From Mobula birostris (lineage: Eukaryota), in assembly GCF_030028105.1 (NCBI RefSeq), contig NC_092392.1, positions 46,795,628-46,859,627 of the forward strand: DNA of 64,000 nucleotides. The letters run 5' to 3'. Below, one piece after another: positions 63,396 to 64,000 of this stretch (its first letter is position 1; each line of letters opens with the position of its first letter). A program made the translations under genes and the position numbers. A model generated the notes under the pieces. That model was not told where the DNA came from. It saw only the letters and a list, made by a program, of their open reading frames with translations, and made no database searches.

Positions 63396-64000
63396 ACAGG
63401 AGTGAAATAAACAATACTAATTATTCTTCAGTGATTATCCAACCGAGTGACCAGGTAAGTGTTTTGCAGATTTAATTTTACATTTTCACATTGCGATTAT
63501 TTCTGTATCCATTGAAAAGTAAGGAGGTTTTGTAACTTGGTGCGATTTGCTCTCAACACTATCATTATTTCTTTATTGTGCTTTATATACAGAATATGAC
63601 ATTGAATTTGTTATCTACGTATATCAGAATGCTTCATTAGAGATTGTTCAATCTGAATGATTAAAGAGAATTACATTTGCTTGACCGTTCACTGGAGTTG
63701 AACTTCCATGTAGAAGGTGCTCTCCTGTTTCAGCATCCATATCCCCTTTGGTTCTATTGCATTAGCTCTTTGAATTGGTCATTGACAAGTGTCATTGTAG
63801 AAATGAGTGTCTGTTCATTTATTGCCATACTCAAAATCATGCCCAATATTTAGTATATATCTCCTGTATATTGCATAGTACATTGTCTCTATCAGTTGTA
63901 CGCTGCTTCCTGTGAACCTGGACACTCTCCCGACTCAGCTCCCACTCACTGGCTAACACAGTGTGTCAATATCCAGAGTCAAAATCAATCCCAGACCCAC

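Noticed and set aside
1-64000. Prokaryotic systems (CRISPR arrays, operons, retrons, defence islands)
   Set aside because: There is no repeat-spacer array or operon-like gene density, and every RT belongs to a eukaryotic retrotransposon clade.

Overview
Vertebrate intronic/intergenic DNA, not prokaryotic, and dominated by transposable elements. The repeat mix (CR1, Rex1/Babar-type, Penelope, fish-type L1, Gypsy, Tc1, hAT, RTE-derived elements) suggests a cartilaginous fish such as a ray or shark; this is an inference. The only host gene I can support is the 5' part of an anoctamin, most likely ANO2/TMEM16B, on the minus strand. It has two clean coding exons (25200-25526 and 8891-8989) and a candidate first exon/promoter near 44.9-45.2 kb. 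The rest is nested retroelements: a near-full-length CR1, a young SCAN-gag Gmr1-like LTR element with internal deletions, two older Gypsy proviruses, a solo LTR, a 5'-inverted (twin-primed) L1, and several non-autonomous RTE-like elements. The most notable hidden signal is a minimal hammerhead-ribozyme motif repeated in about 10 Penelope termini and Penelope-derived hairpin mini-elements. Most short ORFs in the track are spurious or are TE fragments. All protein and family assignments come from motif recognition, not database searches.
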